From: Pseudomonadales bacterium | Lineage (GTDB): Bacteria > Pseudomonadota > Gammaproteobacteria > Pseudomonadales > Ketobacteraceae | NCBI GenBank assembly: GCA_002701845.1 | Contig: NZXG01000051.1 | Coordinates: 46,568-110,567 of the forward strand | Length of the DNA: 64,000 nucleotides | Direction: 5' to 3' | Part shown: positions 29,867 through 39,652 of the stretch, one piece after another | Numbering within the stretch: the stretch's first letter is position 1 | Layout of the letters: every line of letters starts with the position of its first letter | Made by a program: the position numbers and the translations under genes | The notes under the pieces: generated by a model | What the model was told of the DNA's origin: nothing | Databases searched by the model: none | Seen by the model: the letters and a program-made list of their open reading frames with translations, nothing else

Positions 29867-30784
29867 TTAGCCGCTGATTTCCGGCATCGCACCGGTGTTT
29901 AAATGGTCTTGCAATTCAGACATTTGATGCGCCGATAGTGTGCCAGATAACTTCAGCAAACGCATGTCAGAGATCACATCTGTCAGCCGCAGTTCAAACT
30001 GGTATAACACATTAATCACTTCATTGAGTAATCTTCGTACTGCGTCCCCCAGCTGCAACCAGCGCACGTCGGCCTGACTGCTGCGCTGGTAGCGATCGGC
30101 AATGCGGCGCAGACTTTCCTGGGCGCTCTGCACCTGATTGACGATATCCTGGAAGGTCTGGATCGGTGCGGCCGCCGGATTGTCCAGGTACGTCGACAAC
30201 GGCCGGGCCAGCGGCCCCCGGGTCTGGCCCAGGCGGGCGTCCACCCGCGTCAGGATACGCTCAATACTGGCCAGATCCTCACTGGATTGTTCACTGATGG
30301 CCACCAGATCCCGCGATACCGTCACAAAGCCACGGCCCACCTCGCCGGTATGGGCGGCACTGATCATGGAGTTGAGGGCCAGCATCCCGGTACTGCGGGC
30401 GTTGGCGGTGGCCTCTACCAGGGCGTGGCGCACATTGCTGAGCAGGGACTGGGCCTGGTCCAGCTCGAGACTGCATTGGCGCCAGCTAAAAGACAAACCG
30501 GTTAAAAGCCTATCGAAATAAAGCTCGGCGGAATTCCCGTCCGCCACCTCTTCGGTGGCCGCAGCGCGCTCTGGGGACAACGGCATGGACGACGGGGCTG
30601 GGGGTTGACCCCGTAACCGATAGGCCCCATACCAGGCCACACAGACTGCCACCGCCAACAGGGCCAGATACAGGGGCACCTGTTGCTGCCGCATCAGAAA
30701 CAAGAGCACCAGGCTGCCGATCCAGGCCAACAGGTAACAGAGTCTCCCCAGCCACAGCAGGCCGGGCGCATGGGGTGCGGTCAT
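29867..30784 (-). CDS. Membrane protein with a degenerate, truncated MCP signalling hairpin
   Basis: Two N-terminal TM helices; STGMLALNSMISAAHTGEVGRGFVTVS aligns with the MCP tip [26 protein letters not shown]. Confidence 0.7.
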   Translation of the reverse strand: MTAPHAPGLLWLGRLCYLLAWIGSLVLLFLMRQQQVPLYLALLAVAVCVAWYGAYRLRGQPPAPSSMPLSPERAAATEEVADGNSAELYFDRLLTGLSFSWRQCSLELDQAQSLLSNVRHALVEATANARSTGMLALNSMISAAHTGEVGRGFVTVSRDLVAISEQSSEDLASIERILTRVDARLGQTRGPLARPLSTYLDNPAAAPIQTFQDIVNQVQSAQESLRRIADRYQRSSQADVRWLQLGDAVRRLLNEVINVLYQFELRLTDVISDMRLLKLSGTLSAHQMSELQDHLNTGAMPEISG

Positions 30785-30793
30785 GGCGTCGAA

Positions 30794-31861
30794 TCAATGC
30801 TTGTTAGTCAGTTGCAGCAGACGCCCGGCAATGGTGTCCAGGGGTTTGACCTCATCACCGGCCCCCAGACGAAATGCCGCGCCGGGCATCCCCCACACCA
30901 CCGAAGTGGCTTCATCCTGAATGATAGTATGACAGCCGGCTTCTTTCATCCGTAGCAGGGCGCTGGCCCCATCGGTACCCATGCCGGTGAGCAGCACGCC
31001 AACGGTATTGTGCAACCCCTGCTCCAGCACTGAATCAAACATCACCTGCACGGAGGGGCGGTGCAGGTTGACCCGGTCACTGTCATCCAGTTGGGTCACC
31101 AGGCCATTGGGGCCTTTGCGCAGCTTCAGATGCCGGTCGCCGGGAGCAATGTAAACATTGCCCGGCAGCAGTTTCTGCTGGTTGGTGGCCTCATGGACAT
31201 TCATGGCGCAGGTGTCATTCATGCGCAAGGCGTAGGAGGTACTGAATTGGGGCGGTATATGCTGAGTCACCACCACCGGCGGACAATTGGCCGGCAGCCC
31301 CAGCAATACGGTTTTGATGGCTTCGGTACCGCCGGTGGACGCACCGATGGCGATAATCTGCCCGGGTCGCGGCTGGTAGCCGCTGATTTTGTCGGGGACC
31401 TTGACAGCCTGGGGTCTCTGACGTAGAGCGCTGGCTTCCAGACAGCGGAGGTTGGCCCCCGCCGCAGCCCGGATCTTGGCACTGATTTCCTGTTCGTATT
31501 CCGCCAGCCACTTGCCCAGATTCTGTTTGGGTTTGGCCACGTAATCGAACGCCCCGATCTGCAGGGCCTCCAGGGTGGTGTCGGCGCCGGCCTCTGTGAG
31601 GGTGGAGATCATGATCACCGGCATGGGCCGCAGCCGCATCAGGTTTTTCAGGAAGGTAATGCCATCCATACGGGGCATTTCAACGTCCAAGGTGATGACG
31701 TCCGGACTGAGCTGCTTGATTTTGTCCCGGGCAATATAGGGATCCGCCGCCGTACCCACTACTTCCATGTCGTCGTTACCAGCGATGATCCCGGTCAACA
31801 ATTGACGGATCACCGCGGAATCGTCAACGATCAGAACTTTGATTTTTCCGGTTCCTGCCAT
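30794..31861 (-). CDS. cheB: Chemotaxis methylesterase CheB
   Basis: REC domain (LDVEMP), GASTGG, QHIP and LTGMG.DG motifs. Confidence 0.96.
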   Translation of the reverse strand: MAGTGKIKVLIVDDSAVIRQLLTGIIAGNDDMEVVGTAADPYIARDKIKQLSPDVITLDVEMPRMDGITFLKNLMRLRPMPVIMISTLTEAGADTTLEALQIGAFDYVAKPKQNLGKWLAEYEQEISAKIRAAAGANLRCLEASALRQRPQAVKVPDKISGYQPRPGQIIAIGASTGGTEAIKTVLLGLPANCPPVVVTQHIPPQFSTSYALRMNDTCAMNVHEATNQQKLLPGNVYIAPGDRHLKLRKGPNGLVTQLDDSDRVNLHRPSVQVMFDSVLEQGLHNTVGVLLTGMGTDGASALLRMKEAGCHTIIQDEATSVVWGMPGAAFRLGAGDEVKPLDTIAGRLLQLTNKH

Positions 31862-31868
31862 GCAACCC

Positions 31869-32534
31869 TCAGTCAAACAGCTCAATATCCCCTTGAGGCG
31901 GCTTGGTATTAATCGTTCTGGCGTAATTACGCTCCCGCTCGAACACCACGTCATTGCGAACCGTTTTCAGTTTACGCACTTTGACCGATCCGGTATCGGG
32001 GAAGTAAAGGACTTTTCGGGGATACAGTCCACCCACGTCCTCGGCCGCAAGATTTAACAGTTCGTTGGCGACAAACTGACGGACGAACTCGATATTCTTA
32101 CGGCCAATATCAATCTGGCTCATGCTTTCCAGGACCTTGCCGCCGCCGAATATTTTGACTTCCAGATTACGCTTTTCACCGCCGTTTTTCAGAATCTCGT
32201 TAATCAGGTATTCCATCGCCCAGTTACCGTACCGGGCGGATTCACTGAGCGTGGACAATACCCCGCTCTCCAGATTCTCCCGCTGCACCGGCAGCATAAA
32301 GTGGTTCATTCCACCCACGCTATTGTACTTGTCACGCACACAGGCCGAGATACAGGAGCCCAATACCGTCACGATCATCTCACCGGCGGTGCTGACATAG
32401 AACTGCCCGGGCAGAATCTTGGCTGCGTAAACGCCCTGCTGTTTGTCCCAGTAGCGATTGATGTGACTGAACCCTTTGGGCGCCGCCGGCTGGGGATGAG
32501 GTGGATGCAGATACATGGGGGCCTGAGGGCGCAT
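31869..32534 (-). CDS. cheD: Chemoreceptor glutamine deamidase CheD
   Basis: KILPGQFY, TVLGSCISAC (catalytic Cys), GGMNHFMLP, KIFGGG motifs. Confidence 0.95.
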   Translation of the reverse strand: MRPQAPMYLHPPHPQPAAPKGFSHINRYWDKQQGVYAAKILPGQFYVSTAGEMIVTVLGSCISACVRDKYNSVGGMNHFMLPVQRENLESGVLSTLSESARYGNWAMEYLINEILKNGGEKRNLEVKIFGGGKVLESMSQIDIGRKNIEFVRQFVANELLNLAAEDVGGLYPRKVLYFPDTGSVKVRKLKTVRNDVVFERERNYARTINTKPPQGDIELFD

Positions 32535-33404
32535 TTATGCCAGTTTCCTGTAGATTGTCCGGCCTACGGACTCAAAACGATTGGTAACGCCGTGAAGGCT
32601 TTCGGAGTGGCCAATAAACATATAACCCTCCGGCTCAATAATGTTGGCGAACCGGTCAAACAGTTGGCGTTGGGTGTCCTTACTGAAATAGATCACCACA
32701 TTACGACAAAAGATCACATCAAAGCGGCCTTTCATAGGCCAGTCACCCAGCAGGTTAAGCTGGTTGAAGCGGATCAGCTGTTTCAGGGATTCTTTCACTG
32801 CGCGACTGGAAGGGCCGGCTTCGTTGAAGAAGCGCCGCACCAGCTCCGGATCCATATTGCCGATCCGGTCCTGGGCGTAGACTCCGGCCTTGCCATGGGC
32901 CAGCACATTGGTATCCAGATCGGTGGCGAGTATTTTGCAGTCCCAGCGTTCCCGGTCAAGCTGACCCTGAATGGTCATGGCAATGGAGTATGGTTCTTCA
33001 CCGGTGGAGCATCCCGCGGACCAGATGCGGACCCGGCCACTGGCTTTTTTCCGGGCCAGTAACTCAGGTACCACCTGGTTCTTGAGGTAATCGAAGTGAT
33101 GCGACTCCCGGAAGAAGGACGTCAAATTGGTGGTGATCGCGTTAATAAAATTGGTGAGCTCCGCTTCCGGATTGGCCTCCAGATACTCCAGGTAGGAATG
33201 AAAATCACCCAACCGCAAGGTCCGTATCCGGCGCACAATCCGGCTGTAAATCATTTCCTTTTTGTGCTCGCCCAATTCGATTCCGGTGCGCAGTTTTGCC
33301 AGCTGTTGAATCTGCGCGAAATCCCCATCGGTCATGGGAAATTCACGCAGAATGAAGCTGTTATCGCCTTTGCCGCTGTCCTTGATGGCATCCATGGTTT
33401 GCAT
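32535..33404 (-). CDS. cheR: Chemotaxis methyltransferase CheR
   Basis: TTNLTSFFRESHHF, IWSAGCSTGEEPYS and IFCRNVVIYF motifs. Confidence 0.96.
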   Translation of the reverse strand: MQTMDAIKDSGKGDNSFILREFPMTDGDFAQIQQLAKLRTGIELGEHKKEMIYSRIVRRIRTLRLGDFHSYLEYLEANPEAELTNFINAITTNLTSFFRESHHFDYLKNQVVPELLARKKASGRVRIWSAGCSTGEEPYSIAMTIQGQLDRERWDCKILATDLDTNVLAHGKAGVYAQDRIGNMDPELVRRFFNEAGPSSRAVKESLKQLIRFNQLNLLGDWPMKGRFDVIFCRNVVIYFSKDTQRQLFDRFANIIEPEGYMFIGHSESLHGVTNRFESVGRTIYRKLA

Positions 33405-33430
33405 CAGTGCAAGTGTCCCAAGGGTTACGG

Positions 33431-33982
33431 TTAATGGGATTCCTTCATTTCCTTAATGGCACTGATGGAAACTTCAGGGATACTGTCCACCCCCAGTAGT
33501 TGATCAATATCCAGTAACACCACCATTTTATTGTTCACGTTCACCAGACCTTTGATATAAGCGGTATTCACCTGATCTCCGAGATCCGGGGCTGATTTCA
33601 TTTCCTCATTGGCCAGACTGTAGACGTCGCTGACCGCATCCACCACGATGCCCATCACTCGTGACGCTTTGGCACCGGCAACCTTCAGCACAATGACCAC
33701 GGTCAGGGGGCCGTATTCCACCCGCTCCAGCCCAAACCGCTGGCGTAAATCGACGATGGGTACAATCGTACCCCGCAGATTAATCACCCCCTTCACATGG
33801 GGTGGCGAGTTGGGAATGGGAGTCACCGTCTCCCAGCCACGAATCTCCTGGACACTGAGGATATCAACACCGTATTCCTCATCTGCCATGATAAATGTCA
33901 GATACTGGTCGGTCTGGTCGTTCTCCCGGCCGGACACCTCCAGATCAATCTGTTCATGACCTCTTTGCTCCATTGCATTCAT
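33431..33982 (-). CDS. cheW: Chemotaxis coupling protein CheW
   Basis: YLTF...EEYGVDIL.VQEI and GVINLRGTIVPIVDLR motifs. Confidence 0.96.
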   Translation of the reverse strand: MNAMEQRGHEQIDLEVSGRENDQTDQYLTFIMADEEYGVDILSVQEIRGWETVTPIPNSPPHVKGVINLRGTIVPIVDLRQRFGLERVEYGPLTVVIVLKVAGAKASRVMGIVVDAVSDVYSLANEEMKSAPDLGDQVNTAYIKGLVNVNNKMVVLLDIDQLLGVDSIPEVSISAIKEMKESH

Positions 33983-34012
33983 GGCTCTATTCTCCCGTAA
34001 TGCTTGTACCGA

Positions 34013-36130
34013 CTACGCTGCCCGGGTCTTACCTGACACCAGCTGCAAACCATTTTTTGCCTGTTGGGTAACACCACCCATGGCGATCAGATCAGTGATC
34101 TCGAGGATCAGCGACACCGTACCATCACCCAAGATGGTCGCTCCGGATATTCCATCCACTTTGTGATAATTGGTAGCCATACTCTTGATCACCACCTGCT
34201 GCTGACCCAGCAGATCATCCACCACCAACGCCACTTTGGTATTACCGGTTTCCACCACCACCAATAGGCTTTCCGCCAGATTGTCACTGCGGGGTTGCAG
34301 GCCGAACACCTCCCACAATTTGATGATGGGGATATATTCGTCACGCAGCCGGAATACGTCACAGCCGCCGGCCACATGATTGATCAGGCGCATATCCGGT
34401 TGCAGGGATTCGACAATGGATACCAGTGGAATGATGTAGGTCTGGCCACCCACCTCCACCAGTTGGCCATCCAGAATGGCCAGGGTCAGTGGCAGACGGA
34501 TAGTGAACGTACTCCCTTGACCTTCCACCGAGCGAACCTCAATGGAGCCGTTGAGCTCCTGAATATTGCGTCGCACCACATCCATACCCACACCCCGACC
34601 GGATACGTCGGTGACCTGTTCGGCGGTGGAGAATCCAGGCTGGAAGATCAATTCCTGAATTTGTTCATCGCTCAGGGTTTCGTGCTCGCTGATCACCCCA
34701 TTGGCAATGGCTTTCTGCAAAATGCGTTCGCGGTTCAGTCCCTTGCCATCATCGATGATCTCGATAACGATGTTGCCGCCCTGATGAAAGGCATTCAGGG
34801 TGATGGTACCGGTTTCCGGTTTGCCGGCCGCCAATCGCTGCTCCGGGGACTCCAGACCGTGGTCAATGCCATTGCGCACCAGATGAACCAGGGGGTCACC
34901 GATTTTTTCCATCACGGTTTTGTCCAGCTCGGTCTGCTCACCGAGCATCTTCAATTCGATTTTCTTGCCCAGCTGACGGGAAAGGTCACGCACCATCCGG
35001 GGGAAACGACTGAAGGTGAAACTGATGGGCAGCATGCGAATACGCATGACGCTTTCCTGCAGTTCCCGGGTATTGTGCTCCAGCTGGGCCAGCCCCTCCT
35101 GCAGTTTCTGAATGTTATTGAGATTGAGATCGGCGCCCATTTGTCCCAGCATGGATTGGGTGATCACCAATTCGCCCACCAGATTCACCAGGCTGTCGAT
35201 TTTCTCGATGGACACCCGGATGGAGGTGGATTCCGCACTTTTCCCGGTCTCTTTTCGTGTAGCCGGGGTCGGGCTGGCCTGTTGAGCCCGGGCTGCCGTG
35301 GCGGGTGCTGCTTGCTCCGTGGGGAGCGCCGGGTCCGCCATGACTTCAGCGGGCGCCGGAAACTCTTCCGCCGGTTGCTCCCGCTCCCCGAAAAGGCCGC
35401 CACTGGCGGTGATCACCACCTCGCAATCGTCCACCACCCACTCGAAAATTTCTTCAATATCCGTGCGGGGATGGCTGCTGGTCAGGTACAGATCCCAGCT
35501 GAGATAACACTCCTCCGGATTGAGACATCCCAGATCCGGTAACCGCTCCAGATTGACCTGGGTTTCCAGTTCACCCAGTTCCGCCAGTTCCCGGAACATA
35601 CGCAGGGGTTCGTTGCCGGTGCGCAGCAGATGCGCTTCCGGCACAAAACGAATGTGCCAGCAGGTACTGTCGGAGGCGGACACTGTGGGCGCTGATGCCG
35701 CCACTTCTGATTGCGTCGCGCCGACGGCAGCAGGCTCGCCGGCCCCGCTCAGAATCTGGTGGAAGGCCTGGATCAGCTGCTGGGATTGCGCCGTATCCAC
35801 CGCTGTTCCCGCTTGCAGGGCAGTCAACATATTGCTGAGACAGTCAACGGACTGCAGCAACAGATCCACATGATCCGGTTGCAGTTGGCGTTTGCCTTCC
35901 CGCACCTGGTCCAGCAGCGTCTCCAGCACATGGGTGAACTCGGACACTTCACTGAAGCCAAAGGTACTGCTGCTGCCTTTGATGGAGTGCGCCGCCCGGA
36001 ATATGCTGTTTATGGTTTCTGAGTCCACCTGGGAACAATCCAGTTCCAGCAGGCAGGATTCCATAACCTGGAGGCCTTCAAAACTTTCTTCAAAGAATAC
36101 CTGGTGGAATTGACTCAGATCGATACTCAT
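34013..36130 (-). CDS. cheA: Chemotaxis histidine kinase CheA
   Basis: P1 FRAAHSIKG, P3 LVGELVI, P4 HLVRNGIDHG / DDGKG / GRGVGMDVV, single P5 domain. Confidence 0.97.
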   Translation of the reverse strand: MSIDLSQFHQVFFEESFEGLQVMESCLLELDCSQVDSETINSIFRAAHSIKGSSSTFGFSEVSEFTHVLETLLDQVREGKRQLQPDHVDLLLQSVDCLSNMLTALQAGTAVDTAQSQQLIQAFHQILSGAGEPAAVGATQSEVAASAPTVSASDSTCWHIRFVPEAHLLRTGNEPLRMFRELAELGELETQVNLERLPDLGCLNPEECYLSWDLYLTSSHPRTDIEEIFEWVVDDCEVVITASGGLFGEREQPAEEFPAPAEVMADPALPTEQAAPATAARAQQASPTPATRKETGKSAESTSIRVSIEKIDSLVNLVGELVITQSMLGQMGADLNLNNIQKLQEGLAQLEHNTRELQESVMRIRMLPISFTFSRFPRMVRDLSRQLGKKIELKMLGEQTELDKTVMEKIGDPLVHLVRNGIDHGLESPEQRLAAGKPETGTITLNAFHQGGNIVIEIIDDGKGLNRERILQKAIANGVISEHETLSDEQIQELIFQPGFSTAEQVTDVSGRGVGMDVVRRNIQELNGSIEVRSVEGQGSTFTIRLPLTLAILDGQLVEVGGQTYIIPLVSIVESLQPDMRLINHVAGGCDVFRLRDEYIPIIKLWEVFGLQPRSDNLAESLLVVVETGNTKVALVVDDLLGQQQVVIKSMATNYHKVDGISGATILGDGTVSLILEITDLIAMGGVTQQAKNGLQLVSGKTRAA

Positions 36131-36134
36131 TGAC

Positions 36135-36497
36135 TTATCCCAGCACTTTTTTAATGGTGTTCAACAACTGATCCGGGTTGAAAGGTTTGACAATCCAGCC
36201 GGTGGCGCCGGCAGCCTTGCCTTCACTTTTCTTATCCGCCGCCGATTCCGTGGTGAGCATCAGAATCGGAGTGAATTTGTAGTCCGGCAAGGTACGCAGA
36301 TTTTTAATCAGCGTGATCCCGTCCATCACCGGCATGTTGACGTCCGATAACACCAGATCCACACCACCGCGCTTGGCTTTGTTGAGGGCATCCTGACCAT
36401 CGCTGGCCTCTACCACCTCATAGCCGGCTCCCTGCAGTGTAAAACTGACCATTTGCCGCATGGACGCGCTGTCATCCACTGCCAGTATCTTTGCCAT
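36135..36497 (-). CDS. cheY: CheY-like response regulator (che2/F7 type)
   Basis: LAVDDS, SDVNMP, LMLTTES and WIVKPF motifs. Confidence 0.92.
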   Translation of the reverse strand: MAKILAVDDSASMRQMVSFTLQGAGYEVVEASDGQDALNKAKRGGVDLVLSDVNMPVMDGITLIKNLRTLPDYKFTPILMLTTESAADKKSEGKAAGATGWIVKPFNPDQLLNTIKKVLG

Positions 36498-36814
36498 TAG
36501 TTTTCTCCGTTACTATCAGACTGTTGTGCCAAACCCAAATGTCGCGACAGCCCCAGCAGGGATGCCGCCTTTATCAGTGCCGCTGACGGCTTGATGATGG
36601 TTACCTGGAGATGCTGTTTTTCCATGGTTGCTATAAGACACGCCAGCGTTTGCAGAATACTGGTATCCACCCGCTCCACCAGTGAGGCATCAATCCTCAC
36701 GGCGCTGCCGGAATTCAGATAAGTCTCTAATCTCTCGTGAAAAGTTTCCGCCTTGCTGATATCACAAGCGGCTTCCAATTGAATGGTGGCGGCCTCTGCC
36801 ATAGACAGTGTCAT
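36497..36814 (-). CDS. STAS-domain protein
   Basis: IDASLVERVDTSILQTL STAS-like segment; stop overlaps the cheY start. Confidence 0.85.
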   Translation of the reverse strand: MTLSMAEAATIQLEAACDISKAETFHERLETYLNSGSAVRIDASLVERVDTSILQTLACLIATMEKQHLQVTIIKPSAALIKAASLLGLSRHLGLAQQSDSNGEN

Positions 36815-36871
36815 CCATTGCTAGTCATCCGAAAAACAGGACCCACTACAGATGTGAATTCCTTTCTGAAA

Positions 36872-36878
36872 AGAATAG
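36872..36878 (-). promoter_or_regulatory. Possible RpoS-type -10 element for the che cluster
   Basis: Minus strand reads CTATTCT, versus the sigmaS consensus CTATACT, ~60 nt upstream of the STAS gene. Confidence 0.3.
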
Positions 36879-36946
36879 CCCCGTTGTGAAGTTACGCTAG
36901 AGAAGTGGAGGAAAATCTGAGGCCGGCGGGGAAATTAGATTAAACA

Positions 36947-36972
36947 AGCATAAGCACCGGCATGGTTATGCT
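36947..36972 (-). terminator. Hairpin/terminator after fliJ
   Basis: AGCATAA...TTATGCT stem followed by TGTTT on the minus strand. Confidence 0.45.
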
Positions 36973-36974
36973 AG

Positions 36975-37412
36975 TTAGAAGGGGTTGCCACCCCGGTATG
37001 GACGGTCGTCCTGGCTTTTCTGTTCCCGCCGCGACTCCTCCAGCGCCTCTTCCTGCCGGGCCCGTTCCACCAGCTGCTCCATGCTCTTGCGGCGGGCGTT
37101 GGCCTCCACCCATTTACGGCTTTGCGCCTGTACCGCACTCTGCCGCTGGCGGACCAATTCCTCCTGCCGACCAATGGCGGCCTGCAGGCGGGAGATAAAC
37201 GCCTGATACAGGCCCAGCTGGGACGCCTGGGTAACCTGCTGCTGCTGGCTCTGAATGGTCTGGAAGTACTCCTGCAAATAGCCCTGCAGTTCCTGCTGCT
37301 GGCGCCGGGCCTGCTCCAGCTCCCGCTGCAGGTCCGCCAGCTTGCGCGCCTCCGCCCGCTCGGCCTGCTCCTTGAGCTGACACACCGGCAGTAAGCGACG
37401 GGATCGTTTCAC
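36975..37412 (-). CDS. fliJ: Flagellar export protein FliJ
   Basis: Coiled-coil protein with YQAFISRL..AI..Q and EQK.QDD motifs, directly after fliI. Confidence 0.93.
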   Translation of the reverse strand: MKRSRRLLPVCQLKEQAERAEARKLADLQRELEQARRQQQELQGYLQEYFQTIQSQQQQVTQASQLGLYQAFISRLQAAIGRQEELVRQRQSAVQAQSRKWVEANARRKSMEQLVERARQEEALEESRREQKSQDDRPYRGGNPF

Positions 37413-37421
37413 CTGACCTCC

Positions 37422-38765
37422 TTATTCAAACAGCTTATCCAGTTGTTTCAGTGATTCCGCGAACGGTACTTTTTCGTTCATGGCCTGGGCCAGGTAGTGG
37501 CGGATGGGACCGATTTTACTGATGGCCAGATCGGTCTCGGGATCGCTGCCTTTGACATAGGCGCCGACACTGATGAGGTCACGGCTTTGCTGATAGCGGG
37601 CATACAGCCGCTTGAGTACCTGGGCTTTTTGCAGATGGGTTTGGTCGACCACCTGGGGCATGGCCCGGCTGATGGAGGCCTCGATGTCGATCGCCGGGTA
37701 CTGGCCCTCTTCCGCCAGCCAGCGCGATAACACCACATGCCCATCCAGGATGGCTCGCGCGGAGTCCGCCACCGGATCCTGGACATCGTCGCCTTCGGTG
37801 AGCACGGTGTAAAACGCAGTGATGGAGCCACCACCGGGACGGCCGTTACCGGCCCGTTCCACCAGCTGCGGCAGCTTGGCAAATACGGAGGGTGGGTAGC
37901 CCTTGGTGGCCGGTGGCTCACCCACCGCCAGGGCGATTTCCCGTTGCGCCTGGGCGTAGCGGGTGAGGGAGTCCATCAGCAGCAACACGTTTTTGCCCTG
38001 ATCCCGGAAGTGTTCCGCAATGGCAGTAGCCAGCATGGCGCCGTGCATACGTAACAACGGACTGTCATCCGCCGGGGACGCCACCACCACTGAACGTTGC
38101 AGCCCTTCCGGCCCCAGGCTGTGATCGATAAATTCCTTGACTTCCCGGCCCCGCTCGCCGATCAGGCCCACCACTGTGATATCGGCGGTGGTGAACCGGG
38201 TCATCATTCCCAACAACACGCTCTTGCCCACGCCACTGCCGGCAAACAAACCCATGCGTTGACCGCGCCCCACACTGAGCAGACTGTTGATGGCCCGGAC
38301 CCCCACGTCCAGGGGTTCATCGATGGGCTTGCGTTGCAATGGATTGATGGGTTCGCGATGTAAGTTAACATGGCCTTCTGCTCGCAGGGGGCCGGCATCA
38401 TCCAGCGGCTGGCCGCGGCCATCCAGCACCCGTCCCAGCAGTTCCGGCCCCACCGGTACCCGCGACACCTGATGATTGGGAATCACCCGTGCCCCCGGCT
38501 GCAGACCGGCGGCCGGTTCTATGGGCATCAGATACATTTTCTGATCGGCAAAACCCACCACCTCGGTTTCCACATCCGGATGGCCCGGCCCACGGATGGT
38601 ACAGTGGCTGCCCACCGGCGCCCGGCAACCCACGGCTTCCAGTGTCAGGCCCACCATGCGCAACAGGCGGCCCTCCACCACATATTCAGGCGCGCCCTGA
38701 GTATAGGGCAAATAACGCTGCAACCGTTCAGCCAGGCTAGTTCTCTGATTCAGATCCATCGTCAT
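37422..38765 (-). CDS. fliI: Flagellar export ATPase FliI
   Basis: [11 protein letters not shown] Walker [11 protein letters not shown] Walker [13 protein letters not shown] motif. Confidence 0.97.
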   Translation of the reverse strand: MTMDLNQRTSLAERLQRYLPYTQGAPEYVVEGRLLRMVGLTLEAVGCRAPVGSHCTIRGPGHPDVETEVVGFADQKMYLMPIEPAAGLQPGARVIPNHQVSRVPVGPELLGRVLDGRGQPLDDAGPLRAEGHVNLHREPINPLQRKPIDEPLDVGVRAINSLLSVGRGQRMGLFAGSGVGKSVLLGMMTRFTTADITVVGLIGERGREVKEFIDHSLGPEGLQRSVVVASPADDSPLLRMHGAMLATAIAEHFRDQGKNVLLLMDSLTRYAQAQREIALAVGEPPATKGYPPSVFAKLPQLVERAGNGRPGGGSITAFYTVLTEGDDVQDPVADSARAILDGHVVLSRWLAEEGQYPAIDIEASISRAMPQVVDQTHLQKAQVLKRLYARYQQSRDLISVGAYVKGSDPETDLAISKIGPIRHYLAQAMNEKVPFAESLKQLDKLFE

Positions 38766-39645
38766 GCTCCTGCCTGGCCGGGCCTGGGTGGGGTTTGGAC
38801 GGCGATATTGGCGGCAGGTCGGTCTCCGGATCGCCACGGAAGCTATCCACTTCGTCCAGCAATTGATCCACGTGGCCCTGTTGTTGGCCACGCTCTTCCA
38901 GTGCCTGCTGCTGCTGTTCGTAGACCTGACGGATCACCGAAGCCAGCCGCCGCTCGGCCCGGGCATCCACCATGCTGTTATCGGTTTCCACGATACACCC
39001 GCCCGGCGTGATGGTGGGATGGGCCACGATGCGCCAGCTGTCCTCCCATTCCCCGTGTTCTTTAAGCACCTGTTCCACTTGGGCCAGATCCTCACGATTC
39101 AGGTGAATGCGCAGCCGCTGGCTGCCCGGTTGCAGGCAGTCGATGGCCTCCTGCACCACGGCGCGGATACCCGACGAATCCAGCCTCAACTCCCGCTGCA
39201 CCACCCGCTGACAGATTTGTTCCACCAGTTGCAGCAACACCTGCTCCAATTCATTATCCTGGCTGGGGATTGGCTCCAACAACCCCCGGCAAATCTGGTT
39301 AAGCCGGGTAATCACCGCTTTGACCTCCCCCTCGCCACTCTGGTAACCCGCTTCATAGCCTGCCTGATGGCCTTCGTTACGGCCCTGCTCCAGGCCCTCC
39401 GCGTAGGCCGCCTGACGGATAGCCTCGAGATCATCGGCGGTGAGGGGCCTGAGTTCCGGCTCAGGCGCTGCTTGCGCCGTGGCATCCGGTGGCGGCCGCC
39501 GGTCGGGATAATTAAGCGCGTTCTCACGTCGGGCCTGGCCCGCCTCCATATTAGGCAACTGCCAACGCTCCCAGGCACTGAGTTGCTCCGGTGGCGTATT
39601 GTCCACCGAGACCACATGGGGCTTGTGTGAATCTGACTTGCTCAT
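38737..39645 (-). CDS. fliH: Flagellar assembly protein FliH
   Basis: WERWQLP N-terminus, GxxxG repeats ([17 protein letters not shown]), GGCIVET motif. Confidence 0.93.
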   Translation of the reverse strand: MSKSDSHKPHVVSVDNTPPEQLSAWERWQLPNMEAGQARRENALNYPDRRPPPDATAQAAPEPELRPLTADDLEAIRQAAYAEGLEQGRNEGHQAGYEAGYQSGEGEVKAVITRLNQICRGLLEPIPSQDNELEQVLLQLVEQICQRVVQRELRLDSSGIRAVVQEAIDCLQPGSQRLRIHLNREDLAQVEQVLKEHGEWEDSWRIVAHPTITPGGCIVETDNSMVDARAERRLASVIRQVYEQQQQALEERGQQQGHVDQLLDEVDSFRGDPETDLPPISPSKPHPGPARQEHDDGSESEN

Positions 39646-39652
39646 AGACGGG

